Source of the DNA: Pseudomonadota bacterium
Lineage (GTDB): Bacteria > Bdellovibrionota_B > Oligoflexia > Oligoflexales > CAIMVM01
Length of the DNA: 44,315 bases
NCBI GenBank assembly: GCA_037142195.1
Contig: JBAXBA010000027.1
Coordinates: 1 to 44,315 of the forward strand
Direction: 5' to 3'
Made by a program: the position numbers and the translations under genes. Positions 18,791-28,126 of the stretch are shown in pieces. Within the stretch, counting starts at the first letter, position 1. Each line of letters starts with the position of its first letter. The notes under the pieces are model-generated. The model was not told the DNA's origin and searched no databases. It saw only the letters and a program-made list of their open reading frames with translations.

Positions 18791-20671
18791 CTAATGCCCA
18801 CAGGCTTCGCTATTAAGACAAACAAGTTCTGAGAGATTTTGTTTACTCACATTCTTTTGCAGCCAAATCACAAAATCTCTCAGCGAATAAACAGATTGAA
18901 ACCCAGATTTGTCATCTGATTTGATTCCAATCACTAAGTTATTGGAAAAAGCAGCGCCCTCTAATGCCCTCATACTTTGGATGGGCGACTCTAAGACCCG
19001 AATTCCCTTTGGCTCCATCGCTCTAAAAGAATCCAGATCAAATGCAAAGCCTCCTACTATCGAGCGATTCACTTCGTCTACATTATCCTTGGTCAAGACA
19101 ATGGCACATTTCACCTTATCCGGAGAGCAATATTTAACGACTGCCTTGCCCCCAATCACGGTATGGCCATTGATTACTGTATGCCCATTAATAACTGTGT
19201 GTCCATTCGTGAAAAAATAGCCGCTCTTTCCGTAGGAACTACTTTCATCTGAAAATCCTAATACTTCTTGGATGCGCCATGTCCCATGCAAGGCCTCGGA
19301 GCGGTATGCAGCACCAAAGTCTCCATAGTGGCATTCTGCGGACTCAGAATGTAAAACGAATAAGCGTACAAAGGGATCAAAAGTATAGTAACAATCTGGG
19401 TTATTGGCTTCGGGCAAGACAACGGGCGAAACCAAATCAATACCTATAAGAGAATTGCTGTTCATCGGCCGTTCTGAGGCAAGTCCTACAACGAAGCCAT
19501 CGTTATCTAAAATGGGGCCTCCTGACATACCTGCTTGGGCAAGATCTCCATCGGCCGGCCCAAGAGAAGTGAGCTTAAGCTTGCGGAAGGGACCAAAATT
19601 TGAAGTGTCTTGCGTCGGCCAATTTTCCCTTGATAAAAACCCGGCCCGCTGCACCAATTCGCCTGACTTGATCGATGGAAATCCCAGAGCGACAAGTGAC
19701 GTATCCGTTTGGATTTGCTTTGCCCACTCTAAACCCCTCAAAGCAGAGTCCTCGGGCTCTCCTAGAGCGCTGTTTATGGATCTTAGGGCAATAGGATCCA
19801 TTGACAAAATGGCTATGTCTGACTCTCTATGATAGTAAACCAATCGGGCGCTAGCAAAAATGTCCAGTTCATTAACTCTTAAATCGTAAGCCCCATTGAT
19901 TTCTGCTGATGACTGGGGTGGTGGAAATAAATGAGCCGCCGTAACTACATAATTTCCGAATCTTGGCAGAAAAGCTGTTTTGGAGATAAGGGCCATCAAG
20001 GGATCTAAATCATTAACAATAAAACCGCTTCCTAATGATAGGTCCCCATCTTGTAATATTTGTACAACCCTTTTCTTCAAGTACTCCATCTCTCTCGGCG
20101 GATTTGCCGAACCCTGGTGATCGGAATGCTCAGTAAACTCGGTGCTATTTAGAGAAAAAGATCTTGTTTCAGGGACCACAAAATAGAAACTGCCATCCGG
20201 TAAGAACGACCGTTGCCCAGTTGAATTACGATATCCAATATCAAGTTGAATCACACCAGAATACATAGTGCGATCGACTGAAACCTTTGTCGTGCATTTG
20301 GTTGTAGTAGAGACAAAGTTCACTAATTCACAAAAGGGCTTGCCTACGTAAAAAAAGCGGTTAGACCAGCTGGCAGCCATAGTCTTTCCCTGCTCTTCCT
20401 CTAAGTCACGCCACGGGCCTCTGACGCGAAACATGAGTTCGTCTGAGGCGATTTGAGTTGCAAAATACTGCTCTATAGTAAATTCAGTTACGTTCGGCTT
20501 AACTACAACGGGCAGACCTGGGGGGTAGATAAAAGACTTCAAACCGGGCGTTCTGATAGGGCTTGAGTACATTACGGAGCTTAAAACCTTAGCTCCCCAA
20601 GCTGTTGGCGCAGTCATCAGTGCTACAATTGCAATTATGCTATAAGTCTTAAACAATGTACTCTTGGCCAT
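18791..20671 (-). CDS. Secreted trypsin-like (S1) serine protease with N- and C-terminal extra domains
   Basis: Signal peptide MAKSTLFKTYSIIAIVALMTAPTAWG-A; GSGF, VVTAAH, SDIAIL, GMSGGPIL triad motifs; SD GAGG before ATG 20671. Confidence 0.88.
   Translation of the reverse strand: MAKSTLFKTYSIIAIVALMTAPTAWGAKVLSSVMYSSPIRTPGLKSFIYPPGLPVVVKPNVTEFTIEQYFATQIASDELMFRVRGPWRDLEEEQGKTMAASWSNRFFYVGKPFCELVNFVSTTTKCTTKVSVDRTMYSGVIQLDIGYRNSTGQRSFLPDGSFYFVVPETRSFSLNSTEFTEHSDHQGSANPPREMEYLKKRVVQILQDGDLSLGSGFIVNDLDPLMALISKTAFLPRFGNYVVTAAHLFPPPQSSAEINGAYDLRVNELDIFASARLVYYHRESDIAILSMDPIALRSINSALGEPEDSALRGLEWAKQIQTDTSLVALGFPSIKSGELVQRAGFLSRENWPTQDTSNFGPFRKLKLTSLGPADGDLAQAGMSGGPILDNDGFVVGLASERPMNSNSLIGIDLVSPVVLPEANNPDCYYTFDPFVRLFVLHSESAECHYGDFGAAYRSEALHGTWRIQEVLGFSDESSSYGKSGYFFTNGHTVINGHTVINGHTVIGGKAVVKYCSPDKVKCAIVLTKDNVDEVNRSIVGGFAFDLDSFRAMEPKGIRVLESPIQSMRALEGAAFSNNLVIGIKSDDKSGFQSVYSLRDFVIWLQKNVSKQNLSELVCLNSEACGH
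19154..19207 (-). repeat. (NGHTVI)x3 hexapeptide repeat in the protease C-terminal part
   Basis: AAT GGA CAC ACA GTT ATT / AAT GGG CAT ACA GTA ATC / AAT GGC CAT ACC GTG ATT, then GGG GGC. Confidence 0.95.
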
Positions 20672-20713
20672 CTTGCCCTCTTCAATTCCAAATCCCTGGA
20701 TTGATTGCACAGT

Positions 20714-20740
20714 TTGACACATATTAATTATATTTATAAT
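20714..20740 (+). promoter_or_regulatory. Candidate promoter for the TPR-HTH gene (consensus hexamers, short spacer)
   Basis: TTGACA (20714-19), 15-nt spacer, TATAAT (20735-40) in AT-rich divergent intergenic region. Confidence 0.45.
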
Positions 20741-20815
20741 TCTCTTTAATTTTATGCAAATTTTTGGCTATATTCAAGCTCATACTTCAGCTTACATCAA
20801 GAAAAGGTAAAGCCC

Positions 20816-23041
20816 TTGGCTAGAGAACACTTAGAGGAGGCGCGTCGATGCCAGACTAAGAAGGCATGGGAGTCCTTTTTCAAAGATTTTGGCTCTGAGC
20901 TGACTTCGCTTAATCCGGGTGAGATAGTTAAACTAATCACGTACCTCAAACAGGACAAAGACTCAAAATACTTCGGTGAAGGAGTTTTTTCTGCGCTGAT
21001 TGCGGTATGTCGAGCCCAGAAATGCTTTGAACAGGGTCTGGATCTCTACAAGTTTGTAGAAGAGCAGTGCTATCCGCTAGTATCCTTAGAAACTGCCCAT
21101 CTTCTATTAGAAAACAGCAAACCGAAAGACGCTAGGTACCTAGCGTTAAAGGCCTTACGACGGAAAACCATACCCATCATTGTTGAAGTCAAACTTCGCT
21201 TATTGATATGCAATTCGTTTGCAGAGGAAGGCCTTCACCATTTTGCTGCAAAACACTTTGTTGCACTTGAGCATTTAGCCGAACACCAAGACATCCCCTT
21301 GGCTGAGCGAGCAGACATCCAAGTAAGCATTGCTAGGCTCCATTTCTTTAGTGGCCACCTACCTAGAGCGGCGAGGCATTACCAGCTCGCCACGAAGTTT
21401 GCTCTGGAAGAAGGGAATGAGGAACTAGCAGCTCGATCACTATTCAATACTGCCGCGGCTCTACATAATTCCGGCCACGAAAGTTACGAAAAAAGTTATG
21501 CATTTGCTCGAGAGTGTCGGGCTCTTTCCCAAAAAAATGGCTATGCATTTATACTTGCACATGTGGAATCTTTTTTTGGCTTGGACGCACACATTATTGG
21601 CCACTTCACTAAAGCTCACCAACATTTTGAATCTGCCTTAGGCTACCTGACCGAAAGCGATTTGAGTTATAGTAGAGTGCATTTTCTGTCTCTACTCACA
21701 ATATTATGTTTCGAAGAGGCCAACTTTAGCAAGGGGCTTGAATTAGCTCAAAGAACTTTGGAGCTCTCAGAAAATGATCATTCGAATCGCTACAAATCAA
21801 GATACAGAAATATAGAAGCACATTATCTTTGGGAGACGGGAAAATATTCAGAAAGCTATTCAGTCCTTCAAGAAGCTGTAAAACAAATCAAATCAAACGG
21901 CATTGTTTCTAACGAAGACTACAATACTTGGAATCAATTTATTAAATTTTCTGCCCTTTTAGGGGCGAAGAGTGATCCTGGAGAGCCTACAATTTCCCAC
22001 CATATCCGCCATACGTCATATCATATTTCAGAAAATCAAATTGCGCTGGCGAGAATCCTATTCAACAAACGCGACTATTCATCAGCCCTGAACATCTATG
22101 AAAGGGTTTTTGAAACAGCCTTAGAAAGAAATAATTTAAACCATCAGATGTATTGTCTAATGGGTATTTTTGCCTGTAAAAATGCTCAGAAAGCATCTCC
22201 TTGCGCGCTTGAGACCCTTTTGTCTAGATTTGAGGCCTGCCACAGTTTAATGGGAAAATCTGTTCATACAGGCTATCTCTATATTCTAGGCGCGAGTTTG
22301 GAAATGAAAAGAAATAAGCCTAAATTTGCTGAAAATCAACTCAGAAAAGCTCTGCAATCCAATGCTCTACCTAGTCACTACCGATTTATAGTCGAAACTT
22401 GGCTAAAATGTTTAAGAGGCCGTCGAGTTGATTTTCCTAATCTCGAAATCTATGATATTTTTGAGAACTCAACCAAATTCTTCTTTCCCATTATTCTTTC
22501 TTGGAATTCGGACAAGTCCACACTAACTTCATCACTTGGAAGCACTATAGATTTTAAAGACTTTCCTATTTTAAAGGACATTCTTATTTGCTTGATAGAT
22601 GCAAATGAAAGCGGTCTTTCTGCGGCAGAGCTGTTTACCAAGGCTTGGAACGAGTCCCTTAAGACTCAAGGATGGCGTCAGAAATTAAACAATGCTTTGT
22701 CACGTCTTCGATGGCAGTGCAGAGGATTGCCATTTCCACTCTTTAAAAAAATTACAAATGGTTGGGCTATTTCGGATGCCTTCTTGCTTGAAGCTGAAAA
22801 GAAAAACAACGATTTAATGAGACGGAAAAATCAGATCCTCCTATATAGCAGCAACAAACCAGCATCCGCCGCTGAAATGTCTGAAAAACTACAGATCCCA
22901 CTTGCTAGCGTGAAGCGAATGATCTCAAATTTGTCGCAGTCGGGAAAGTTAAGTTCTACAACTAATGGACGTAACGTCGTATATTCCAGCTCAGTTACTA
23001 ACCTTGGAAACCCTATACATCCTGAAACCAGCCAAAGCTAA
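20816..23041 (+). CDS. TPR-repeat transcriptional regulator with C-terminal OmpR-like winged helix and a second HTH
   Basis: Many helical TPR-like pairs (ARLHFFSGHLPRAARHYQLA, ARSLFNTA, GHFTKAHQHFESAL); LSAAELFTKAW...KLNNALSRLR (wHTH); SAAEMSEKLQIPLASVKRMISNLSQSGKL...GRNVVY (HTH plus wing); TTG start. Confidence 0.82.
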   Translation: MAREHLEEARRCQTKKAWESFFKDFGSELTSLNPGEIVKLITYLKQDKDSKYFGEGVFSALIAVCRAQKCFEQGLDLYKFVEEQCYPLVSLETAHLLLENSKPKDARYLALKALRRKTIPIIVEVKLRLLICNSFAEEGLHHFAAKHFVALEHLAEHQDIPLAERADIQVSIARLHFFSGHLPRAARHYQLATKFALEEGNEELAARSLFNTAAALHNSGHESYEKSYAFARECRALSQKNGYAFILAHVESFFGLDAHIIGHFTKAHQHFESALGYLTESDLSYSRVHFLSLLTILCFEEANFSKGLELAQRTLELSENDHSNRYKSRYRNIEAHYLWETGKYSESYSVLQEAVKQIKSNGIVSNEDYNTWNQFIKFSALLGAKSDPGEPTISHHIRHTSYHISENQIALARILFNKRDYSSALNIYERVFETALERNNLNHQMYCLMGIFACKNAQKASPCALETLLSRFEACHSLMGKSVHTGYLYILGASLEMKRNKPKFAENQLRKALQSNALPSHYRFIVETWLKCLRGRRVDFPNLEIYDIFENSTKFFFPIILSWNSDKSTLTSSLGSTIDFKDFPILKDILICLIDANESGLSAAELFTKAWNESLKTQGWRQKLNNALSRLRWQCRGLPFPLFKKITNGWAISDAFLLEAEKKNNDLMRRKNQILLYSSNKPASAAEMSEKLQIPLASVKRMISNLSQSGKLSSTTNGRNVVYSSSVTNLGNPIHPETSQS

Positions 23042-24097
23042 AAAAAGATTCGCTGTCCAACCACCAAACATTGGAGGGAAAATATTATTGTTAGCCATGG
23101 CTCTAGTCGCTGCTAATACAAACCAGTAGCTTATGGCAACAGCAAATACACTCATTATTGATTTGACCGTTTCCGTCTTTCGTTCAGAAAGTGAGGAAAA
23201 CGGAATCGCCATAAACACCATCATCAAACTTGAGAAAGCATAGCCAAGCTTTACATGAAAGGCTACTTCAAGGGGAGATGAAATAACACCTGACTTCTTA
23301 GCTGTATCAATGGAATCCCCTAACTCGGTGAAAGAAAACTCATTGATATCTCGACGGTCTTTGACAAGTTGATCAGGCTTAAAGGGTAGCGGAAACAAGA
23401 GAAAATCCTTTCTGGAGACTTCGCTTACTAAGGCTCTATCCGTAAATTTAACCACGCGAATATCGTGCAAAAGCCAATCATTCTTTGAAGGCTGAAACAA
23501 CCCGCTATCCGCGCTCCATTGGCGACTGATTCGATACTCTTTTTTATCCATTTCCAAAGCTTCTATTTGACGCAAAGTTTGGGTTTTAGAGTCAAAACTA
23601 CCGTAGGAATAAAAGACATTGCCATCTTTCTTCCATCTTACACCTCCAGCTAACTGATCATCTGCCTGTTTTTCAATGAGTACAGACTTCACATAATGCA
23701 TACGATAAGAAGACTTAGGAATCACGTATTCATTTGCAATAACAGCCAATAAGGAAAGAAGGCTGCTGGTTATGACAAATCCTCTTAGAAGCCGGAAGGG
23801 ACTCATACCTGCTGCAAAAACAGCGGTAGTCTCATTATTACGAGAAAGACCTACCATAGTTACGATAGCCCCTACCAATGAAGCTATAGGCAAGGCTTGT
23901 ATAATCTGGAAAGGAGTCTGATAGAAATAATACAATGCCAAATGACCCATTTGGGGATCATAAGACGTAAAATATCGATTTGCTTTTCCTATGAGATCTA
24001 AGATTGTGAATAAGAATACACTTAAAACCAAAGTAAGCGTTAGAATCTTAACGTAACTCGCCGCAACATAACTATCAAAACGCGTCCAAAATTTCAC
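22991..24097 (-). CDS. LptF/LptG (YjgP/YjgQ) family LPS export permease, LptG-like
   Basis: FDSYV, ALPIASL, LSRNNETTAVFAAGMS, periplasmic beta region, three C-terminal TMs ending GGWTANL. Confidence 0.88.
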   Translation of the reverse strand: MKFWTRFDSYVAASYVKILTLTLVLSVFLFTILDLIGKANRYFTSYDPQMGHLALYYFYQTPFQIIQALPIASLVGAIVTMVGLSRNNETTAVFAAGMSPFRLLRGFVITSSLLSLLAVIANEYVIPKSSYRMHYVKSVLIEKQADDQLAGGVRWKKDGNVFYSYGSFDSKTQTLRQIEALEMDKKEYRISRQWSADSGLFQPSKNDWLLHDIRVVKFTDRALVSEVSRKDFLLFPLPFKPDQLVKDRRDINEFSFTELGDSIDTAKKSGVISSPLEVAFHVKLGYAFSSLMMVFMAIPFSSLSERKTETVKSIMSVFAVAISYWFVLAATRAMANNNIFPPMFGGWTANLFLALAGFRMYRVSKVSN

Positions 24098-24480
24098 CGG
24101 ATCACTCTTACACCAGTAGCTACCACTAGTGGCAATCCTCTTTTTCCACCTTGAAGATGCCCATAGACTTGCAATTTCTTTCCATAATAGTCAGCCACTA
24201 CATTCTGATCAGAATTGGTCACATCTACCAAAATTTGACTCCCTCCGTCTTCAATCACGACAAATGTTCCGGCAAAACCCAATTCAATCACCTTGCCTGA
24301 AATCAAAACACTGGAATCCAAGTTCTCCAGCCCACCCAGATGTAACTCTTTTAAGGACACTGAAACCGTCGAAGAATCCAAGGTAACTCCAGACCACTCA
24401 AAAAGGTGTTTCCTAAGCGGCTGACAACCGAAAGATAACCCTATCCAAAAAATAAATTGAATAAAAATAGAAAACTTCAA
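24094..24480 (-). CDS. Putative OB-fold lipoprotein
   Basis: Lipobox LSFG-C; VLISGKVIEL..GTFVVIEDGG..ILV..GKKLQVYG beta pattern; 4-nt overlap with the permease. Confidence 0.65.
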   Translation of the reverse strand: MKFSIFIQFIFWIGLSFGCQPLRKHLFEWSGVTLDSSTVSVSLKELHLGGLENLDSSVLISGKVIELGFAGTFVVIEDGGSQILVDVTNSDQNVVADYYGKKLQVYGHLQGGKRGLPLVVATGVRVIR

Positions 24481-24620
24481 ATGTATACGCCCTACTCATT
24501 CCGTATTTCTCTAGTGTACATTTTAGCCAAAAGTTCAGCAAATCGGCCCATAGGCAACTTTTTCCATATAAGTCGTCTAAACGACAGCGAACTGGAGCAA
24601 GGCTTAGGGCGCAGATAACA

Positions 24621-24653
24621 AAAAAATAGAACCTCATTTCGAGATTCTATTTT
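24621..24653 (-). terminator. Intrinsic terminator after rplQ
   Basis: AATAGAATCTC-GAAAT-GAGGTTCTATT followed by T-tract. Confidence 0.75.
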
Positions 24654-24682
24654 AGAATGAAATATTCAGTGCTCTGAAAGAA

Positions 24683-25063
24683 TTAATCCTTCTTACCTTC
24701 GTGAGAAGTAAAGTCAACCAATTCAAAATTACACATTTCAGCGCCATCACCAAATCGCTCACCGAGGCGAACAATTCTTGTATAGCCGCCATTCCTTGTT
24801 GCAAATCTTCCTGCCAAATCTTTAAAGACTTTCGTAGAAACTTCAGATGAAAAAAGTACTGACTCTACTTGGCGACGCGCATGTAAATCACCACGCTTAC
24901 CAAGAGTAATCATCTTTTCTACAACTCTGCGAAGTTCTTTTGCTTTAGGAACAGTGGTTTTAATTCTCCCATGTTCTAAAAAAGATGTTGCTAGGTTACG
25001 AAGAAGTGCTTTACGGTGGGAAGACTCCCTACCTAATTTACGATAACCATGTCCGTGGTTCAT
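24683..25063 (-). CDS. rplQ: 50S ribosomal protein L17
   Basis: [35 protein letters not shown]. Confidence 0.98.
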   Translation of the reverse strand: MNHGHGYRKLGRESSHRKALLRNLATSFLEHGRIKTTVPKAKELRRVVEKMITLGKRGDLHARRQVESVLFSSEVSTKVFKDLAGRFATRNGGYTRIVRLGERFGDGAEMCNFELVDFTSHEGKKD

Positions 25064-25118
25064 AGTAGCCTCAAATTTTAGTTCGGTATCACTCTGAAAT
25101 ACTCAAGCAAAGTGACAA

Positions 25119-26126
25119 TTAGTTGTTCTCTTGATTCTCTCTCTTACGGAGCTCTGATGGATCAAATCCATCGATCTTCATCCCTAAATAGAGACCCATT
25201 TCCATTAGAATATCTTTAATTTCATTCAACGATTTACGACCGAAGTTCTTAGTCTTAAGCATGTCGCCTTCTGTTCTCGTCACAAGTTCACCAATATACT
25301 TGATGTTTGCATTTTCCAAACAGTTTGCTGCTCTCACACTCAACTCCAGGGAGTCAACTGTCTTATAAAGATTATCGTTAATCTTTGGACGGTCGGACGA
25401 CTCTGGCCTAGATTCTTCAATATCATCCGCTTCGTCGAAGTTAATGAACGTCGTTAGCTGCTCTTTAAGAATCTTAGCAGCATAAGCAACCGCATCATCA
25501 GGTCTCACGGCGCCATTTGTCCAAATTTCTAGAGTAAGACGGTCATAATCAGTATCTTGACCTACCCTTGCATTTGATACGTTATAGGCCACTCGTCTGA
25601 TAGGAGCGAATATAGAATCGATAGGTATAAAGCCTTCAGGTAGATCTTCCGTTCGATTTCCGTCAGCGCTCACATAGCCGCGACCTAAGCGAACGATCAT
25701 CTCTAAGTCTAAAGTAGCTTCGTTATTGAGAGTACAAATAACCTGATCTTTATTTAACACCTCAACATCACCACCCGCTTCAATATCTGCAGCAGTAACA
25801 ACTTTAGTTCCTTGCGCCTTTATCCTTACAGTTCTATCGCCTTCACCTAGAAACCTAAGAGAGACCTGCTTGATATTAAGGATAATATCAACAACATCTT
25901 CTTTAATCCCGGGAATTGCAGAAAACTCATGGTCAACACCGGCAAAACGCACAGCCGTGACAGAGGCCCCACTGATACTTGAAAGTAGTACTCTACGCAA
26001 TGAATTGCCGAGTGTGACTCCGTAACCGCGTTCCAACGGCTTCGCTACAAACTTACCATAGGTATCATTCAATTCCACAGATTCAAGATTCTTAGGCTTG
26101 ATTAGGTCTTTCCAATTATGGTGCAT
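25119..26126 (-). CDS. rpoA: RNA polymerase alpha subunit
   Basis: [43 protein letters not shown]. Confidence 0.99.
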   Translation of the reverse strand: MHHNWKDLIKPKNLESVELNDTYGKFVAKPLERGYGVTLGNSLRRVLLSSISGASVTAVRFAGVDHEFSAIPGIKEDVVDIILNIKQVSLRFLGEGDRTVRIKAQGTKVVTAADIEAGGDVEVLNKDQVICTLNNEATLDLEMIVRLGRGYVSADGNRTEDLPEGFIPIDSIFAPIRRVAYNVSNARVGQDTDYDRLTLEIWTNGAVRPDDAVAYAAKILKEQLTTFINFDEADDIEESRPESSDRPKINDNLYKTVDSLELSVRAANCLENANIKYIGELVTRTEGDMLKTKNFGRKSLNEIKDILMEMGLYLGMKIDGFDPSELRKRENQENN

Positions 26127-26155
26127 CTACACTACTCCGCAGTTCAGGTTATCAA

Positions 26156-26785
26156 TTACTTGCTGTAGAATTCTACGATCATACGGTCAGTTACAGGTAA
26201 CTGAATGTCTTCACGTTTAGGTTCTGCTACCACTTTACCAGTATATTTGGCTCCGTCTACCTGAAACCAACCTAATTGACTTCGTCTTGCAAAAAGCTCC
26301 TGAGCTGAAGCAAAAATAGGTGATTGAAGGCTGCTAGGCTTAATAGAAACCACATCACCAACTTTAACGTTGGCACTTGGGATATTCAGACGCTTGCCAT
26401 TTACCAAAACGTGGTTATGTCTAACCACTTGACGGGCTTCTGTACGGCTTCTAGCAAAACCCATGCGATACACTACATTGTCTAAACGAGTTTCTAATGC
26501 CCTAAAAAATAGTTCAGAAGTCACCCCACGTTGAACAGCTGCACGCTTAAATGTCAACCGGAATTGTCCTTCTAAAAGACCATAAACCCGCTTAACTTTT
26601 TGCTTTTCACGAAGCTGTTGCTTAAATTCTGATGCCTTACCCTTTAATGCCTTACCGTGCATACCAGGTGCATAGTTGCGTCGATCGAAAGAACACTTCT
26701 CAGTGTTGCAACGATCGCCTTTTAGATAAAGTTTCGTGCCTTCAGTGCGGCAGAAACGACAAACTGGACCAATATAACGAGCCAT
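26156..26785 (-). CDS. rpsD: 30S ribosomal protein S4
   Basis: MARYIGPVCRFCR, QLREKQK, LETRLDNVVYRMG; ATG 26785 with GGAGG SD. Confidence 0.98.
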   Translation of the reverse strand: MARYIGPVCRFCRTEGTKLYLKGDRCNTEKCSFDRRNYAPGMHGKALKGKASEFKQQLREKQKVKRVYGLLEGQFRLTFKRAAVQRGVTSELFFRALETRLDNVVYRMGFARSRTEARQVVRHNHVLVNGKRLNIPSANVKVGDVVSIKPSSLQSPIFASAQELFARRSQLGWFQVDGAKYTGKVVAEPKREDIQLPVTDRMIVEFYSK

Positions 26786-26807
26786 TTTTCCTCCAAACCC
26801 TACTAAT

Positions 26808-27197
26808 TTATACCCGTCGACGCTTCGGCGGTCGGCAACCATTGTGTGGTACCGGGGTTACATCTTTAATTAAGTTAACTTTCAACCCAATTGCCCCTAT
26901 GGCCCTAACGGCGCTTTCGCGACCACTTCCTGGACCCTTAACTAGAACGGAAACCGTTCGCATTCCAGCGTCCATGGCCTTACGTCCGGCTTCTTCTGCA
27001 GCTACTTGAGCAGCAAAAGGAGTGCTCTTCCGAGACCCTTTAAAACCTTTTGCACCGGCAGTCGACCAAGAGATTACTTCGCCATTCAAATCTGTAAATG
27101 TTACGATTGTATTGTTGAAAGTAGCCTGAATGTGGGCGACTCCGTTCGGAATATTGCGTTTTACTTTTTTCTTGCGAACAACGCCTTTATTAGACAT
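26808..27197 (-). CDS. rpsK: 30S ribosomal protein S11
   Basis: [40 protein letters not shown]. Confidence 0.99.
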   Translation of the reverse strand: MSNKGVVRKKKVKRNIPNGVAHIQATFNNTIVTFTDLNGEVISWSTAGAKGFKGSRKSTPFAAQVAAEEAGRKAMDAGMRTVSVLVKGPGSGRESAVRAIGAIGLKVNLIKDVTPVPHNGCRPPKRRRV

Positions 27198-27221
27198 TTT
27201 CTAGCCACTCCTCAGTGAGAA

Positions 27222-27590
27222 TTACTTCTTCTTGTTTGCTACGGTCTTACGTGGACCCTTACGCGTCCTAGCATTCGTTTTAGATCTCTGTCCACGGACA
27301 GGAAGACCTTTACGGTGCCGAAGTCCTCGGTAGCAACCAAGATCTATAAGACGCTTAATGTTAAGAGCCACGTTTCGACGAAGATCGCCTTCAACCGTGA
27401 AATCCGCATCCATTACCGTCTTAAGCTGATTAGCTTGAGATTGACTTAAGTCGGCTGCTTTCATAGTTAAAGGAAGACCAGCTTTCTCAACTATAATTTT
27501 TGCTGCCTTTTGTCCGATTCCATATATGCTGGTTAGCGCGATATCAATTCGCTTACTACCTGGCAGATCTACGCCTGCTATACGAGCCAT
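27222..27590 (-). CDS. rpsM: 30S ribosomal protein S13
   Basis: [26 protein letters not shown]. Confidence 0.99.
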   Translation of the reverse strand: MARIAGVDLPGSKRIDIALTSIYGIGQKAAKIIVEKAGLPLTMKAADLSQSQANQLKTVMDADFTVEGDLRRNVALNIKRLIDLGCYRGLRHRKGLPVRGQRSKTNARTRKGPRKTVANKKK

Positions 27591-27598
27591 GTTTTCTC

Positions 27599-27712
27599 CT
27601 AACCCTGACGCTGCTTATGCTTTGGAACTTCACAGATAACGCGAACTACGTTATTGCGACGAATCACCTTGCACTTTACACAAATTGCTTTAACGCTTGC
27701 ACGTACTTTCAT
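27599..27712 (-). CDS. rpmJ: 50S ribosomal protein L36 (Zn-binding form; below ORF-track size cut-off)
   Basis: Manual translation [37 protein letters not shown]. Confidence 0.97.
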   Translation of the reverse strand: MKVRASVKAICVKCKVIRRNNVVRVICEVPKHKQRQG

Positions 27713-27730
27713 AATTTACCCCTGAGAACA

Positions 27731-27952
27731 TCAACCTTTTGATCTATATACAATCCGGCCCCTGCCGAGATCGTACGGCGATATTTCTAGCTTCACACGG
27801 TCACCAGGAAGAATTCTAATGAAGTTCATTCTCATTTTGCCGCTAATGTGAGCCAACACCTCATGTCCATTATCAAGTTGAACCTTAAACATGGCATTCG
27901 GTAGAGGTTCTTTCACAACGCCATCAATTTCGATGACTTCTTCTTTTGGCAT
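27731..27952 (-). CDS. infA: Translation initiation factor IF-1
   Basis: [33 protein letters not shown]. Confidence 0.99.
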   Translation of the reverse strand: MPKEEVIEIDGVVKEPLPNAMFKVQLDNGHEVLAHISGKMRMNFIRILPGDRVKLEISPYDLGRGRIVYRSKG

Positions 27953-28017
27953 CCAAGTCCCCTAAAATATTACCAAAAACCCACTTAAAACAAGCGAATT
28001 GCCCATATTAAGCCGAG

Positions 28018-28046
28018 ACCATAACCGAAAACACCATGTCTTGCAA
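28018..28046 (-). promoter_or_regulatory. Candidate sigma70 promoter for infA-rpmJ-alpha operon
   Basis: TTGCAA-17 nt-TATGGT followed by GC-rich CTCGGC. Confidence 0.55.
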
Positions 28047-28126
28047 CCATTCCCTTTTAAAGGGCAGCCGTAGCTATAAGACTCTCGCTTCGGGCGAGTG
28101 GGGTTTTCGTTTATCCTTACTCTTAA

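Noticed and set aside
27953..28126. Absence of adk and map between secY and infA
   Set aside because: Common lineage-level rearrangement; not notable on its own.
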